Shown: one piece after another, positions 13,916 through 14,339 of the stretch
How the letters are laid out: every line of letters starts with the position of its first letter
Numbering within the stretch: the first letter of the stretch is position 1
NCBI GenBank assembly: GCA_032249095.1
Contig: JAVVGN010000050.1
Coordinates: forward strand, 1-14,339
Direction: 5' to 3'
Length of the DNA stretch: 14,339 bases
From: Candidatus Caldarchaeales archaeon
GTDB lineage: Archaea; Thermoproteota; Nitrososphaeria_A; Caldarchaeales; Calditenuaceae
Position numbers and translations under genes: made by a program
Notes under the pieces: model-generated
What the model saw: only the letters and a program-made list of their open reading frames with translations
Database searches by the model: none
Told to the model about the DNA's origin: nothing

Positions 13916-14339
13916 GGGCATCCATATAGTGTTGTTTGTCCTTTTCCCCTGAATATTACCTCGTTCCCCCCACAGGTCTAATTGTATTGGTATGTTTCCG
14001 TGTTCTATGCCTAGTGTGTGTCTTAGTTTAGATTTCTCCTTCTTAATGGCGCCTATCTCCTTCTCTATTCCCTTAGTTCTGCTTGAGCATAGTTAGTCTG
14101 GTGTTGGGGATGGCCCGGTTATTGGGGGCACTACTCTTTATATGTGGGGCCGGTGGAGGGTTCCTATCCGAGCGGGTGATGGGGAATGAGGGGGATAGTG
14201 GAGAGGTTCCACGTGGTGGCGAGGCCATATGAGATAAAGACATAGAATAAGGAGGTGTAGTGTGTGGAGAGACGCCTGCCGCGGGGGCTTCGGATCGAGC
14301 CCAAATATGGAGATAACATAGGAAGATACGTCGTCAGAG
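13916..14339 (+). mobile_element. Left-hand part of IS110-like element copy C (LE plus the first codons of its gene), truncated by the window edge
   Basis: 13916-14263 aligns with 6230-6565. This includes the TATA ctttatat (14136-14143), the G-rich leader and the SD ggaggtg (14251-14257). Confidence 0.6.
14264..14339 (+). CDS. 5' end of the copy C recombinase-like gene (partial)
   Basis: A GTG at 14264 lies 6 nt after SD ggaggtg, and the frame is open to the window end. The translation VERRLPRGLRIEPKYGDNIGRYVVR aligns without gaps to FYADVHKAKKNSERYRIT of copy B only at spaced positions (K, N, RY, I/V). The DVHK aspartate is not conserved. Confidence 0.35.
   Translation, partial: MERRLPRGLRIEPKYGDNIGRYVVR

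Noticed and set aside
13893-13925. An 11-codon N-terminal extension of map (MDARNRKCRIH) from the ORF track.
   Set aside because: MetAP family N-termini align with the internal ATG at 13892. The extension runs into the repeated element end and probably contains the promoter.
1-14339. CRISPR arrays, tRNA genes and rRNA genes.
   Set aside because: I found no regularly spaced short direct repeats, no tRNA-like T-arm or anticodon-arm signatures, and no rRNA-like conserved blocks on reading both strands.

Overview
This window looks like archaeal (crenarchaeote-like) chromosomal DNA. The evidence is an archaeal-type MetAP, an MBF1-type HTH protein, isoprenoid genes, A/T-rich TATA boxes about 25-30 nt upstream of start codons, and GGAGGTG-type Shine-Dalgarno (SD) sites. 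Housekeeping genes include a GHMP-type mevalonate-pathway decarboxylase, a polyprenyl (GGPP-type) synthase, thioredoxin, a BtuF-like binding protein, HflX GTPase and methionine aminopeptidase. There is also a cluster of glycogen-synthase-like GT-B glycosyltransferases, and a decayed IS5-family insertion sequence at about 529-1329. The most interesting content is a repeated mobile element present three times: a right part at 1-467, a full copy at about 6229-7561, and a left part at 13916-14339. It encodes a compact IS110-like (DEDD plus HhH/Tnp_20-like) recombinase flanked by unusually long non-coding ends. The ~335-nt left end is far better conserved between copies than the coding sequence that follows it. 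It contains an internal TATA promoter and a G-rich leader complementary to the element's own right terminus. The ~150-180-nt right end folds into a long-range helix supported by compensatory base changes between copies. I interpret these ends as candidate guide or bridge-like RNAs of an archaeal IS110-type element. This is an inference from sequence only. All recombinase reading frames that can be assessed are interrupted; copy C shows only its first ~25 codons.
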